NCBI GenBank assembly: GCA_963702095.1 | Contig: OY969706.1 | Location: 2,080,001-2,144,000, forward strand | Length of the DNA: 64,000 nt | From: Candidatus Bathyarchaeota archaeon | Lineage (GTDB): Archaea; Thermoproteota; Bathyarchaeia; Bathyarchaeales; Bathycorpusculaceae | Direction of reading: 5' to 3' | Part shown: piece by piece, positions 40,185-50,498 of the stretch | Position numbering within the stretch: the first letter of the stretch is position 1 | Layout: every line of letters starts with the position of its first letter | Notes under the pieces: generated by a model | The model's input: the letters and a program-made list of their open reading frames with translations, nothing else | What the model was told of the DNA's origin: nothing | The model's database searches: none | Made by a program: the position numbers and the translations under genes

Positions 40185-41084
40185 TTGCGAGAGGAAACAG
40201 ATTTGAAAATAGTCTCCGGTCCCGCGTCCAAGCCCTTGGCTGAAGCTGTTTCAGCCCAAAGCGGCATCCCAAACGTTCCAGTCATCTCCAAAATTTTCCC
40301 TGACGGCGAATCCTACGTGCGCTTAGACGGCGACGTAAAGGGCGAAGAAGTCGCCATCATCCAAACCACCTGTCCCCCAGCCCAAGACGGCAGGCTGTTC
40401 CAACTGGCGTTTTTAGCTGACTGTGCTAAGCGGGCGGGCGCCGCCAAAGTCACCGCAGTCGTCCCCTACCTCGCCTACGCACGGCAGGACAAAACCTTCC
40501 TCGCAGGCGAAGGCATAAGCGTTGAAACTGTTGCTCGCATGCTTAAAGGCGCCGGTATCGACGAATTCCTCACCGTAAACATCCACTCCGAGCACTCGTT
40601 GGCGCAGTTTCCTTTTCCTGCACGGACAGCGAGTGCCATCCCGCTCATCGCAGACTATTTCGTCAACAAGGGCTACAAGGGAGCCTACGCCCTCTCCCCC
40701 GACAAAGGCGCCATGTACATCGCAGAGCAGGCGCAGGCAGTGTTGGGCGGCGACGCAGGGCACCTAAACAAAACCCGCGACCGCTACACCGGACAAACCG
40801 TGCAGACCGCTGAGGGCTTAAACGTCAAAGACCAAACCGTCATCATTCTCGACGACATCATCAGCACAGGCGGCACCATAGTCGGCGCAGCAAAAATCCT
40901 CCGCGAACAAGGCGCCAAACACGTATTCTGCGGCTGCGTGCACGGCTTGCTCATCGGCGACGCAGAGAAACGCATCCTCGACGCGGGCGTGGAGGAAATC
41001 GTGGGGACCGACAGCGTACCCTCAAACATCAGCAAAGTGTCTTTGGCGCCGCTGATTAGCCGAGAACTTAAAGGGGCAAAGTAG
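40185..41084 (+). CDS. prs: Ribose-phosphate pyrophosphokinase
   Basis: FPDGESYVR, PYLAYARQDK, SPDKGA, DDIISTGGT. Confidence 0.96.
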   Translation: MREETDLKIVSGPASKPLAEAVSAQSGIPNVPVISKIFPDGESYVRLDGDVKGEEVAIIQTTCPPAQDGRLFQLAFLADCAKRAGAAKVTAVVPYLAYARQDKTFLAGEGISVETVARMLKGAGIDEFLTVNIHSEHSLAQFPFPARTASAIPLIADYFVNKGYKGAYALSPDKGAMYIAEQAQAVLGGDAGHLNKTRDRYTGQTVQTAEGLNVKDQTVIILDDIISTGGTIVGAAKILREQGAKHVFCGCVHGLLIGDAEKRILDAGVEEIVGTDSVPSNISKVSLAPLISRELKGAK

Positions 41085-42133
41085 TGCCTAAACTCTTCTT
41101 TTTACTCTCCGGCGAAAACTCGACGTTGCCAGCGGCTGAAGTTGTGGCGATTCTGGAATCCGAAGGATACCCCTACAGCAACCCAGAGGAATTCGACCAG
41201 ATTCTGCGGCTCGACGCATCGGTGGAAAGCGTCAGGGCAGTGCAGATTCGCTCGGCTTACACGCGGGTCTGCGCACAGGAACTCTTCGTCACCGAAGCAA
41301 CTTACGCCGCTATTGCCCAAGCCGCCGCCAAAGTTGATTTTTCCGCGGTAATCCAGCCGGGCGAAAGCTTTGTGGTGCGCATCAACCGCATCAAAAACTA
41401 TGCTGACGCCGACATCAACACGATGCAACTGGAGATTAAGCTGGGCGAGCAAATCCTGCAGCAAACAGAGGGCGCCACAGTCAACCTCAAAAACCCAGAC
41501 AAAACCCTAATCGGCATAATCACCAACAACAAACTCATCTTGGGCTTAAAACTCACCGACATAACCAGCAAAACCTTCTCGGAACGTCGTCCCCGCAAAA
41601 AACCGTTTTTCCACCCGTCGGCGATGCCGTCGAAGATGGCGCGGTGCATGGTCAACCTATCGCATGCCAAAGCCGAGTCGGTGCTTCTCGACCCCTTCTG
41701 CGGCACAGGCACCTCACTCATCGAAGCCACTTTCATCGGCTGCCGAGCCGTCGGCGTTGATGCGCAGAGGCGGATGATTTTGGGTACCAGAAAAAACCTT
41801 GCCTACTTCCACATCCACGCCGAAGGGCTGCTGCTAGCGGATTCCCGCAAAATCCCGCTCTTTAAAGTCGACGCAGTCGTCACTGACCCACCGTATGGGC
41901 GCTCGTCGAGCACGCTCAAATCAACGACGATTCAGTTGGTGCAGGATGTTTTGGCAGCCTCCTATGCGCTGCTCAGTGTGGGGCAACGAATTTGTATAGC
42001 CGCGCCCAAAACATTAGACATATCCCGCCTCGGCGCCCAATCCGGGTTTAGACATGTTGAATCCCACTTCGCCTATGTCCACCAGACGCTGACAAGGGAA
42101 ATCGCGGTGTTTGAAAAGGTGCAGAAGCCATGA
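41084..42133 (+). CDS. trm11: tRNA (guanine10-N2) methyltransferase, THUMP-containing
   Basis: LSGE, R.P.K.PFFHP, DPFCGTG, TDPPYGRS. Confidence 0.9.
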   Translation: MPKLFFLLSGENSTLPAAEVVAILESEGYPYSNPEEFDQILRLDASVESVRAVQIRSAYTRVCAQELFVTEATYAAIAQAAAKVDFSAVIQPGESFVVRINRIKNYADADINTMQLEIKLGEQILQQTEGATVNLKNPDKTLIGIITNNKLILGLKLTDITSKTFSERRPRKKPFFHPSAMPSKMARCMVNLSHAKAESVLLDPFCGTGTSLIEATFIGCRAVGVDAQRRMILGTRKNLAYFHIHAEGLLLADSRKIPLFKVDAVVTDPPYGRSSSTLKSTTIQLVQDVLAASYALLSVGQRICIAAPKTLDISRLGAQSGFRHVESHFAYVHQTLTREIAVFEKVQKP

Positions 42134-43050
42134 GCATCCGAGTAGTGTTCCTAGGAACAAGCGGCAGCGTGCCGACGCTTAAGCGGAGCTTGCCCTGCGT
42201 GGTTGTGCAGTGCCCCCGTGACCAATGGATGTTTGACTGCGGCGAAAACTCCCAGCGCCAGATGATGGCTTCGAAAGTAAGTTTCCACCGTAAAATGAAG
42301 GTCTTCATCACCCACCTCCACGGCGACCATGTGCTCGGTTTGCCGGGGCTGCTGCAGACGATGGCGCTTATGGAACGCAGAGAACCCGTAGAAATCTATG
42401 GCCCTGTCGGCATCAAAAACTTCCTCGTATGCACCAAAGAAACCCTGAATTTCGGCTTAAACTACCCCGTCACCATCAACGAAATCATCGCTGAAGGCAT
42501 CATCTGCGACACCGGCGAAATCCAAGTCACCGCGTTTCGCTCTAGCCACGCCGTGGAAAGCTACGCCTACGCGTTTGAAGAGAAGCCTCGTCCAGGCAAG
42601 TTTTACCCTAAAAAAGCGCAGGCGCTGGGCCTCCCAGTGGGGGAGTTGTGGTCTGAGTTGCAGAGTGGCCAAGAAGTCACCGCGTCAAACGGCAAAACTG
42701 TTAAGCCCAGTGACGTGATGGGTCCTATGCGGCGGGGCAGAAAAATCGTTTACACAGGCGACACCAAACCGTTTAGCGGCTTTGCCAAGTATGCGGAGGG
42801 CGCTGATTTGGTGATTCACGACTGCACTTTTGACGATTCTTTGAAGGAAAAAGCGGAAACGGACGGGCACTCGACACCCAGCCAAGCCGCAGCCCAAGCC
42901 AAAGCCGCAGACGCAAAACGCCTTGTCCTTAGCCACATAAGCGCACGCTACCCAGACGCCTCATCCCTGCTAGAGCAAGCCAAAAAAATCTTCCCCAACA
43001 CCATCTTAGCCGAAGACTACTTGGAGCTTGAGTTGCCCCTAAACGAGTAG
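42130..43050 (+). CDS. rnz: Ribonuclease Z
   Basis: FLGTSGSVPT, THLHGDH, exosite PGKF...G.P.G, HST, HISARY. Confidence 0.96.
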   Translation: MSIRVVFLGTSGSVPTLKRSLPCVVVQCPRDQWMFDCGENSQRQMMASKVSFHRKMKVFITHLHGDHVLGLPGLLQTMALMERREPVEIYGPVGIKNFLVCTKETLNFGLNYPVTINEIIAEGIICDTGEIQVTAFRSSHAVESYAYAFEEKPRPGKFYPKKAQALGLPVGELWSELQSGQEVTASNGKTVKPSDVMGPMRRGRKIVYTGDTKPFSGFAKYAEGADLVIHDCTFDDSLKEKAETDGHSTPSQAAAQAKAADAKRLVLSHISARYPDASSLLEQAKKIFPNTILAEDYLELELPLNE

Positions 43051-43821
43051 ACGCTTAAGCTCGGCGATGCTTTGGGGCACGTCTCGGATGGATTCGACGA
43101 GGACGGTTTTGTCGTAGCCAATTCGCTTGAGGTTGGCGATGACGTCTTGGTAGTTGATGTTGCCATCTGCGACGCCGTTGTGTTCGTCGTGTTCGCCGTG
43201 GTTGTTGCTGGCGTGGATATGCACGATTTTGTCGGCTAACTGGTCAAAGAAAAGCTGAATTTGCCCCTCTAAATTGGCGTGTCCAAGGTCAAGGGTGATG
43301 CCGATGGGCAAACCCGTTTCTTTGTAGAACCGCTGAAACTCCGCTGGAGAATTCATCAGAAACCCGTATTTGGCAGGCAAATTCTCCAACCCCATGTTCA
43401 AACCGTACTCCTCTGCCACAGCATAGAGTTCTTTGATGCTTTCGCAGCCCTGCTTAAAGAGCGCGTCAGGGTAGAACTGGCTTATCCCCGTGATTTGGGC
43501 GGGGTGGAACACCCACATTTTAGCGTCGAGTTCATGGGCGTTGGCGAGGGATTGTTTGAGGCGTTTTATCCCGGCGGCGAGCATGGGTTTGGCGGGGGAT
43601 CCGATGTTTATGTCTGCGAAGGGGGCGTGGAGGGAGTAGGTTAAGCCGTAGCTTTTGGCTGCTTCGCGAAGTTGTTGGATGCGGGTTTTGTTTAGGTCGT
43701 GGGTGCCGTCGTCAACGATTTCTATGTATTTGGCTTCCATGTTGCCGAGGCGCTTAACCATGCGGTTGAAGGGTTCGCCTAAGCAGTAGAGCATTGAAAC
43801 GCCGACTTTGGGTTTAGACAT
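43039..43821 (-). CDS. Sugar phosphate isomerase/epimerase (AP endonuclease 2 TIM barrel)
   Basis: HAPFADINI, FHP, LENLP, DLGHA, HIH..N.G..DEH. Confidence 0.9.
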   Translation of the reverse strand: MSKPKVGVSMLYCLGEPFNRMVKRLGNMEAKYIEIVDDGTHDLNKTRIQQLREAAKSYGLTYSLHAPFADINIGSPAKPMLAAGIKRLKQSLANAHELDAKMWVFHPAQITGISQFYPDALFKQGCESIKELYAVAEEYGLNMGLENLPAKYGFLMNSPAEFQRFYKETGLPIGITLDLGHANLEGQIQLFFDQLADKIVHIHASNNHGEHDEHNGVADGNINYQDVIANLKRIGYDKTVLVESIRDVPQSIAELKRLLV

Positions 43822-43901
43822 AAAGTTTCCTCTGTAACTGGGTGTTTCTGGTTAAAAGCCAAAACCGCCTAAAGAACTTACCCAAAAACAACGTGGAAAA
43901 A

Positions 43902-44417
43902 TTATGGGAACAGATGTCTTCCCCATTGGTTTGGCTCAGAGGAAACCGGTCGGGTGGTCTTGTACTGGTTTTCTCTTTGTCCCAGCGCCAACTCTGTAAA
44001 CTCCTTAACTGTCGTATTACGGAACTCCCAAGTCGGCGTGCCAAACCGCAAGCCATTACACATTGTATCAGCATAGACGTAGAGAGTGTGCCCCATGTAC
44101 GGGTATTCAGCCTGTTTTGCTTCGCCGTATTTGGGTTCCGCCAATACCTTGAAAGGCCAGATTTTGCATGCGTTGGGCTTCATGCCTTGCAAGCCGCAGA
44201 AGTAGTTGTGGTTTTTGCTACAGAGAAAAGCGCAACTGCCGTCGCTGCATCGTTTGATATAGAATTTATCCAGTGCCGCCACAGTGGTTTGGCCGCCGAA
44301 GGTTTTGGTGAGGTTTAGCCATTCATGGAAACCTAAGACGACGCCGTAGAGTTTACAGCAATACCCGCAGCCTCTGCATCGCCAATCCGCAACGGTTTGC
44401 CATGGAACAAACTGCAT
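43902..44417 (-). CDS. YkgJ-family cysteine-cluster protein
   Basis: CRGCGYCC, C.FL, C.L...KP.AC..WPF. Confidence 0.88.
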   Translation of the reverse strand: MQFVPWQTVADWRCRGCGYCCKLYGVVLGFHEWLNLTKTFGGQTTVAALDKFYIKRCSDGSCAFLCSKNHNYFCGLQGMKPNACKIWPFKVLAEPKYGEAKQAEYPYMGHTLYVYADTMCNGLRFGTPTWEFRNTTVKEFTELALGQRENQYKTTRPVSSEPNQWGRHLFP

Positions 44418-44477
44418 CCTAAGCTACACTCAGAGGCAAAGAGGAGAGGCAACACCTAAAAAATCTTTTGAGCCAAC

Positions 44478-44954
44478 TCAGGGTTTACGATAGAGGTAAA
44501 TCGTGTGCGACGGGTAGCCCAACTGGGGGTTTTCGCAGAAGGTCTCTATTTTTTCTGGGCGCCAACCGACCACTTCGTAGTCGTGGGAGACGACGCGGGC
44601 GCCTTTTCTGAGGTCGCGTTCCAGTTTAGGCTTGATTTTCTCGTTTGCACTGGTGGTTAAGTACAGGTAAACCACGTCGGCGGAGGTCAAGTTCACGTTG
44701 AACATGTCGTCGTTTATGATGGTAACGCGGTTTTCTAAGCCGCTTTCATGAATAGTGCTCAACGCCTTCTTCGCCAAGTCCTCTCGAAGTTCTATACCGA
44801 CGCCTCTGGCGCCAAAGGTCCGCGCCGCCATAATCACCGTTCGACCATCACCGGCACCCATGTCAAAAAGCACTTCGCCCGATTTCAAATCAGCCAACTT
44901 CAGCATGTACTCTACTACACTGTTTGGACTTGGAACAAAAGGCGCAATAAACAT
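44478..44954 (-). CDS. Archaeal protein-lysine methyltransferase (aKMT/FAM173-like)
   Basis: PFVPSP..VV..ML, D.G.GDGR, A.VV.LYL....NE..KPKLE..L..G.RVVSH. Confidence 0.8.
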   Translation of the reverse strand: MFIAPFVPSPNSVVEYMLKLADLKSGEVLFDMGAGDGRTVIMAARTFGARGVGIELREDLAKKALSTIHESGLENRVTIINDDMFNVNLTSADVVYLYLTTSANEKIKPKLERDLRKGARVVSHDYEVVGWRPEKIETFCENPQLGYPSHTIYLYRKP

Positions 44955-44987
44955 ACATAAACCTCTAAAAGCTAACGTTTGCCAATG

Positions 44988-45314
44988 TTATGCGACATAC
45001 GCGTCCTTTTTAGACTGCGGTCTTCTAGCTTCGCCGCATTTCACGCAACTTTGCGCACATAAGTCAAGGTATTTCTCTTCGTCTCCGGAGCCTATGGCGA
45101 CTGCGGCTTTGCTGCATAATTCGCTGGGTTCGCTGCAGCCTTCCTCTTTGCACAGTTTTGAGATGTGTTCGCATATTTCCTGTACGTCGTTGGGTTCAAG
45201 TACTGCACGGTTTGTGCGCACAAGTAAACAGAGTTCCCGCGCCATAACACAGGTTCTAACGAATTTGATTCGCTCCAAAACTTCGTTGCGTAGGTTTTTT
45301 CGGCTTATTTCCAA
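44988..45314 (-). CDS. Cys-rich helical hypothetical protein
   Basis: 108 aa with helically spaced Cys (CAQSCVKC). Upstream of the methyltransferase in the same orientation. Confidence 0.75.
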   Translation of the reverse strand: MEISRKNLRNEVLERIKFVRTCVMARELCLLVRTNRAVLEPNDVQEICEHISKLCKEEGCSEPSELCSKAAVAIGSGDEEKYLDLCAQSCVKCGEARRPQSKKDAYVA

Positions 45315-45441
45315 CTTTTAATCTCCTATGGCACAACAAGCGCAAACAACAGAAATAGACGATTCTACACTTAAAAAGGTGATGTATTCTAAATATCGCA
45401 AAAGACTAAATAAGTAAAGAGCAATTTTTTAAAAAGAGATA

Positions 45442-46392
45442 GTGTTCGCCCCGAACAAGAAAAAAATCCTCATAACAGTAATAATAATAGCTTTAGCCCT
45501 AAACACATTCACTTTCATCACAGCGTACCCTCAAACCTTAAAGCCCTTGTCCTCATCGTTTGCAGCGGATTTCTCAGCCTACTACATCGGCGAATGGCGA
45601 TTCTTCCATAACCCCACCCAAATCTACGAAGCCGGCAGCTATCTGCCAGGCGACTACGTTATTGAACCAAGCCCTCAAAGCTTCATGTACACACCGTCTT
45701 TTCTGCTCTTCTTCGCACCCTTCCTCGCCCTAAACTACCAAAACGCACTCAACGCCTTTGATATTCTGCAGTTCTTTTCGGTCTTCGCTTTAGCCCTCTT
45801 CATCTACAAAATCGTCAAAGGCAAAAACCTTATTCTGGGTTGTGTGGCGACGGTGGTGGTTTTGCTTCTGCCCATACCCTACTCGATCAGTTTGGACCCT
45901 GCAGCTTTTTTCCAAGGTTACTATTGGGGCTATGCCTTGGCAAACGCGCATATAATCCAAGCATCACTTGCCGTGGGAGCATTGTATTTTGGCTTCACAA
46001 AAAGACCTTGGGCCTCCGCGTTTCTGCTTGCAGTTGCTTCCTTTGACCCCCGTGTTACGCTGGTCGCCCTGCCCTTGATGGTATGGTATAACAGGCAGAA
46101 ACTACTCAAGTTTGCATTGGGGTTTGTCGGGTTCATTGCCCTGTTGAACTTGCCCTTTTTCTTCTATTATGACGTAGGTTTCACTTTTCTGCAGAAAAGA
46201 GCATTAGGCCACATTGCAGTTCAGATGTACGCGTATGATTGGGTTCCAATATGCACCGTTTTAGCATTAACCATTGTTGAAGCAGTCACCGTTATCTCGG
46301 CAAAGAAGTGGTTCAATTTCCCAAAATTGCAGCGTCCAATGCGAGTTCACAACAAGGAGGTTGCGAATAATCAGCAAACCCCTCTCCTCTAA
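45442..46392 (+). CDS. GT-C membrane glycosyltransferase (GT87/DUF2029-like)
   Basis: DFSAYY...IY...F.Y.P.F followed by multiple TMs. Confidence 0.78.
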   Translation: MFAPNKKKILITVIIIALALNTFTFITAYPQTLKPLSSSFAADFSAYYIGEWRFFHNPTQIYEAGSYLPGDYVIEPSPQSFMYTPSFLLFFAPFLALNYQNALNAFDILQFFSVFALALFIYKIVKGKNLILGCVATVVVLLLPIPYSISLDPAAFFQGYYWGYALANAHIIQASLAVGALYFGFTKRPWASAFLLAVASFDPRVTLVALPLMVWYNRQKLLKFALGFVGFIALLNLPFFFYYDVGFTFLQKRALGHIAVQMYAYDWVPICTVLALTIVEAVTVISAKKWFNFPKLQRPMRVHNKEVANNQQTPLL

Positions 46393-46409
46393 CAGCGGAT
46401 TGCATTGTT

Positions 46410-46540
46410 CTGCTTGTAGTTTGTTCCACAATCAGCCAGCAACCCATTGCCAAGGCAGAACACAAAACGCAGCCGCCTGCTAAGCCCATAGGAAGAAGAT
46501 GAGCAAGGGGGCATTGCCTTCTTCTTAAACTAGTAAAAAC
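46410..46540 (+). repeat. Repeat family B, copy 4
   Basis: ccacaatcagccagcaaccc..gcagaacacaaaac..ctgctaagccca.aggaagaagatgag. Very similar to 57220-57350. Between convergent genes. Confidence 0.85.
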
Positions 46541-46566
46541 TTGATCTACCGATAAGCCGAGAGGAC

Positions 46567-47988
46567 CTAAGTTTTCTCTTTATGCCATCTTATGCCTTGT
46601 GCGGTGTCTTCTAGCACGATGCCCATGGCTTTTAGTTGCGCACGTATGGCGTCGGCTTCTTTCCAGTTTTTGGCTTTGCGGGCTTCCTCACGCTTCTGCA
46701 CCAACTCATCGATATCTTGGGGCAGGGCTTCTTCCACTTCAACTTTGCCGATGACGCCTAAAACCTCGTCAAGCCGCATCATTAAACCGCCTACATCCGC
46801 CGCCTCATTTTTGCCGACCAAGTTGACGTCAAGCAACGCGTTCATTTCACGGACAAAGTCGAACAGCGAGGAGAGGGCAATGCCAATGTTGAGGTCATCA
46901 TCCATGGAGCCGCCGAAGCAAGCTTCCAACTTTGCGGTTAAAGTGGCAACTTTTCCCGTGGCAGTTCCCTCTGCCTCATGGAGGCGCCTCACAAAATTCC
47001 GAAGCCTATCCACCGCCGCTTTCGCTGCGTCCAGTCCTTCGAAAGTGAAGTTGAATTGCTGCCGATAATGCGTCGACATTAACAGGTAACGTATGGCGAT
47101 TGGGTTATAGCCTTTGGCTAAGAGGTCGCGGAGCGTGTAAAAGTTGCCGAAGCGTTTGCTCATTTTTTTGCCTTCAACTTGGAGGTGCTCGTTATGCATC
47201 CAGTAATGCACAAAGGGTTTGCCTGTGGCGGCTTCGGATTGGGCTATTTCGTTTTCATGGTGGGGAAACATGTTGTCGACTCCGCCGCAGTGGACGTCAA
47301 AGGTTTCGCCCAGAAACTTCATACTCATCGCAGAGCATTCAATGTGCCAGCCAGGGCGACCCTTGCCCAGTTCAGTCTCCCAAAACACGTCGCCGTCTTC
47401 CGGGCACCACGCCTTCCAAAGTGCGAAGTCTTGGGCTTCTTCTTTGGCGTATTCATCTTGGCTGACACGTGCACCGGCTTTAAGTTCGCCGACTTTTAAG
47501 TGGGAGAGTTTGCCGTAATCAGGGAATTTGGCGACTGAGAAGTAGATGGAGCCGTCTTCGCCTTTGTAGGCGACGCCTTTTGCTATTAAAGTCTGGATTA
47601 TGTTAACCATTTCGGGGATGTGGTCGGTGGCTTTGGGGTAAACGTCGGCGGGTTCGATATTGAGGGTTTTGATGTCTTCGAAGAAAGCTTTAATGTAGAA
47701 GTCGGTGAATTCTCGGAGGGGGATACCTTGTTTTTGGCTGCCTTTGATGGTTTTGTCATCGATGTCGGTTAAGTTCATCACATGGGTAACTTGGTAGCCG
47801 CTGAATTTGAGCCAACGCTTCAAGAGGTCTTCAAAGAGGAAGGCGCGGAAGTTGCCGATGTGGGCGTAATCGTAGACTGTGGGGCCGCAAGTGTACATGC
47901 CGACTTTGCCAGGTACAATGGGAGTGAATTCCTCTTTTTTGCGGCTCAAAGTGTTAAAAATGCAGATGGACTGTTGCTTGGTGGTCAA
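46567..47988 (-). CDS. cysS: Cysteinyl-tRNA synthetase
   Basis: CGPTVY, HIGN, GRPGWHIEC, FPHHENE, KMSK. Confidence 0.98.
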   Translation of the reverse strand: MTTKQQSICIFNTLSRKKEEFTPIVPGKVGMYTCGPTVYDYAHIGNFRAFLFEDLLKRWLKFSGYQVTHVMNLTDIDDKTIKGSQKQGIPLREFTDFYIKAFFEDIKTLNIEPADVYPKATDHIPEMVNIIQTLIAKGVAYKGEDGSIYFSVAKFPDYGKLSHLKVGELKAGARVSQDEYAKEEAQDFALWKAWCPEDGDVFWETELGKGRPGWHIECSAMSMKFLGETFDVHCGGVDNMFPHHENEIAQSEAATGKPFVHYWMHNEHLQVEGKKMSKRFGNFYTLRDLLAKGYNPIAIRYLLMSTHYRQQFNFTFEGLDAAKAAVDRLRNFVRRLHEAEGTATGKVATLTAKLEACFGGSMDDDLNIGIALSSLFDFVREMNALLDVNLVGKNEAADVGGLMMRLDEVLGVIGKVEVEEALPQDIDELVQKREEARKAKNWKEADAIRAQLKAMGIVLEDTAQGIRWHKEKT

Positions 47989-48058
47989 GTTCTCAGCTCG
48001 AATAAGGAAGGTTAGAGACCGAAATTATTTAAGGATTAACCAGGCAGTAGGCAACTGA

Positions 48059-48250
48059 TTAGCACGGGTTCTTCAGGCGACTTTTTTCCCGCGGTGTCAG
48101 CGTTGCCCAATAGAGGTCTATGGCTTCTCGGATGTTATCCAGCACTTCGGGTAATGTGTCGCCTTGTGTGTGGCATCCCTGCAGGGAAGGCACGATAGTT
48201 ACGTAACCGCTCGTTTCATCCTCCAAAAGAACAATATCAAAATCCTGCAA
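48059..48250 (-). CDS. Solo HicB-like protein (possibly a remnant)
   Basis: GYV..VPSL.GCHTQGDT..E...NIREAI.LY. Confidence 0.75.
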   Translation of the reverse strand: MQDFDIVLLEDETSGYVTIVPSLQGCHTQGDTLPEVLDNIREAIDLYWATLTPREKSRLKNPC

Positions 48251-48489
48251 ATCAATTCGCTAACACGGTAGCGGAGAGCAATAAAAGCCTCAACTATCCA
48301 CGCGTCAAGTTGCACAGAGGTCGGCTGCAAACGCCCGGCAAAAACAAGCCGTATCCCACACATCCCTTTTGCAAAAGCCGCCAACTCAAGAACGCAGCCT
48401 ACTGCTAACCAGAGGACTATGCAAGCGTACAGCCTATATCAGTAGATCAAAATAGTTGTTTGTTTGGGGTTGGTGGCGGTGTGTCTGTT

Positions 48490-48745
48490 TGTTTTGCCAT
48501 GCTGGTGCCCCGACCTGCATTGCGCTGTTCTTTGTCTCGCTAAGAAAGTAGTCGATACATGTTTTCACACACACATCCAGTCCACCTCTGCAGGGAACCA
48601 TGTAGGGCGTGTGGAAGAAATGCATATCCCACACTGAAACAGACGCCTAAAAACAATGCAAACCAAAAAAGCAGCCGCCTCAAGCATTCTTGTGGCACCC
48701 CGTAACCGCCACACCCACATAAAGAATGAACAAACAACCAGCAAA
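48490..48745 (-). repeat. Repeat family A, copy 3
   Basis: 48594-48745 is the exact reverse complement of 51585-51736. The tail (gtgaaa.catgtatcg..aacagc.caat.cag) resembles copy 1. Confidence 0.92.
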
Positions 48746-48799
48746 ATCCTCGGTGACCGAGTACTGTGAAGCTCGTTCACGCTGGCATATTCAGTGGCA

Positions 48800-50134
48800 T
48801 CAAATAGCAACATAACCCAATTCGCCGCTGTCTTCCTGTGGCAGAACTTTGCCTTTGAGGTAGGTTTGGGAAGCCTCAGTCACTTCAACCCGCAAGTTTT
48901 TGCCAAGCAGGTCCTCGCCGCTTTTAACGGCGACTGGTTTGTAGGCGAAGTTGCGTCCCACCCATGAACCCTCCACTTTACCCCGCTCATCAAACAGCAC
49001 CAACCCGCTCCAGCCGACCCAACGCAGGTTACGCTTAGCCGACAACTCACTAGCCAACTGAGCCGCCAACGTGCTTCGCCGCTTAATCTCTTCCCTATCC
49101 ACCAAACCCTCATGGAGGTCCCAAGCGGGTGTTTTGGGGCGCGCAAAAAACTTGGAGACGTTGGTTATGTCTGGCTGGATTTCTCTTAGCAGCTTGAGCG
49201 TGTTTTGGAAGGCTTCCTCTGTTTCACATGGGTAACCCACAATCACATCGGTTGCCAAAGTTAAATCGGGGAAAACCTCGCGGAAAGCGTCCACTACCTC
49301 CCTAAACTGCTCGACGGTGTAGAACCTACGCATCCCTTTAAGCACCGAATCATCACCGCTTTGCACCGGCAAATGCAGGAACTTGAAGATTTTCTGCGAC
49401 TCAAAAGCACACAAGAGCCGCTCCTCAATGTTGGCAACCAAGTTGGGAGTCATCATGCCCACTCGGACACGGAAATCACCCTTTAAACTGTCCAGTGCCA
49501 ACAGCAAGTCGGCAAGACTGGACTTGATGTCTCTGCCATAGCTTGCGGTGTCCTGTGAGGTAACCCAGAACTCCCTTGCCCCCGCCGCATAGTCGGCTTC
49601 CACACGCGCCACTATGTCTTTGATTGGGTAACTGCGGAGTTTGCCTCTTGCTTGGACAACGCAGCAGTAGGCGCAGCTGCCTAGGCAACCGTAGTTTATG
49701 GGAACTATGCTTACGGCTGGGTTGCTTCTTAGGTGCGGTAGACTCAACGGCGGCAGTGACTTCTCCTTAGAGGCAGCTAAATCAACCACTTTTTCCCCAG
49801 CCAAAACCCGCCGCACAACATCAACGATTGCTAGGCCTACCGCTGGGCCCACAGCGCCGTCAAAGCGGACTTCACGTTGGAGCCTTTCGTAACAAATTTT
49901 GGGGAGACAGCCTGAGACCACGATTTTTTTGCCTGTTGGCACCGTTTTTATGTCGTTGATTATGCGGTTCTCAGTTGGCCCTTTCACTGCGCAGGTGTTG
50001 TAGATGATTAGGTCTGCTGTGGCTTCGTTGTTTGTGAGGGTGTAGCCTGCTTGTTTTAGGCATCCTGCGAGGGTTTCTCCGTCTGCGGTGTTGCCTGAGC
50101 AGCCGTAGTTTTTTATGTGGATGTTTTGGGGCAT
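48800..50134 (-). CDS. tRNA methylthiotransferase (archaeal e-MtaB/CDKAL1-type, radical SAM)
   Basis: YGC..N, NTCAVK, SGCLP, CLGSCAYC, HLPVQSG, C-terminal TRAM domain. Confidence 0.93.
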   Translation of the reverse strand: MPQNIHIKNYGCSGNTADGETLAGCLKQAGYTLTNNEATADLIIYNTCAVKGPTENRIINDIKTVPTGKKIVVSGCLPKICYERLQREVRFDGAVGPAVGLAIVDVVRRVLAGEKVVDLAASKEKSLPPLSLPHLRSNPAVSIVPINYGCLGSCAYCCVVQARGKLRSYPIKDIVARVEADYAAGAREFWVTSQDTASYGRDIKSSLADLLLALDSLKGDFRVRVGMMTPNLVANIEERLLCAFESQKIFKFLHLPVQSGDDSVLKGMRRFYTVEQFREVVDAFREVFPDLTLATDVIVGYPCETEEAFQNTLKLLREIQPDITNVSKFFARPKTPAWDLHEGLVDREEIKRRSTLAAQLASELSAKRNLRWVGWSGLVLFDERGKVEGSWVGRNFAYKPVAVKSGEDLLGKNLRVEVTEASQTYLKGKVLPQEDSGELGYVAI

Positions 50135-50342
50135 GTTTGTCTGTTTTGTTAGTTGCTGTGTCTTGGCATAAAAACGTGTTCCCTGCATCTGCATATTTGA
50201 CATTTCCCTGCTCCAAACATGTTTGCGCTTTTATATATGCTGGAACCAACATATTATGTGCATATATGTAGCATGATATGTAGGAGTATAAGTGTCGAGT
50301 AGCGTTGTATAGTTGTAAAAGCAGTAGGGGAGACTAACCAAC

Positions 50343-50498
50343 TTGAAACTAATCACTCTGTATCTACCTGAAACGTATATAAAAGCTTTGGACCAGTTAG
50401 TGGACGAACGGTTCTATCCCAACCGGGCTGAAGCTATCCGAGTTGCCATACGCGACCTCATCAGCGCAGAAGTTTGGAGGAGAAAAGGCGTTGACTAA
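50343..50498 (+). CDS. Ribbon-helix-helix regulator, CdrS-like (51 aa)
   Basis: MKLITLYLPETYIKALDQLVDERFYPNRAEAIRVAIRDLI..., TTG start with GGGGAG upstream. Not in ORF track. Confidence 0.85.
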   Translation: MKLITLYLPETYIKALDQLVDERFYPNRAEAIRVAIRDLISAEVWRRKGVD

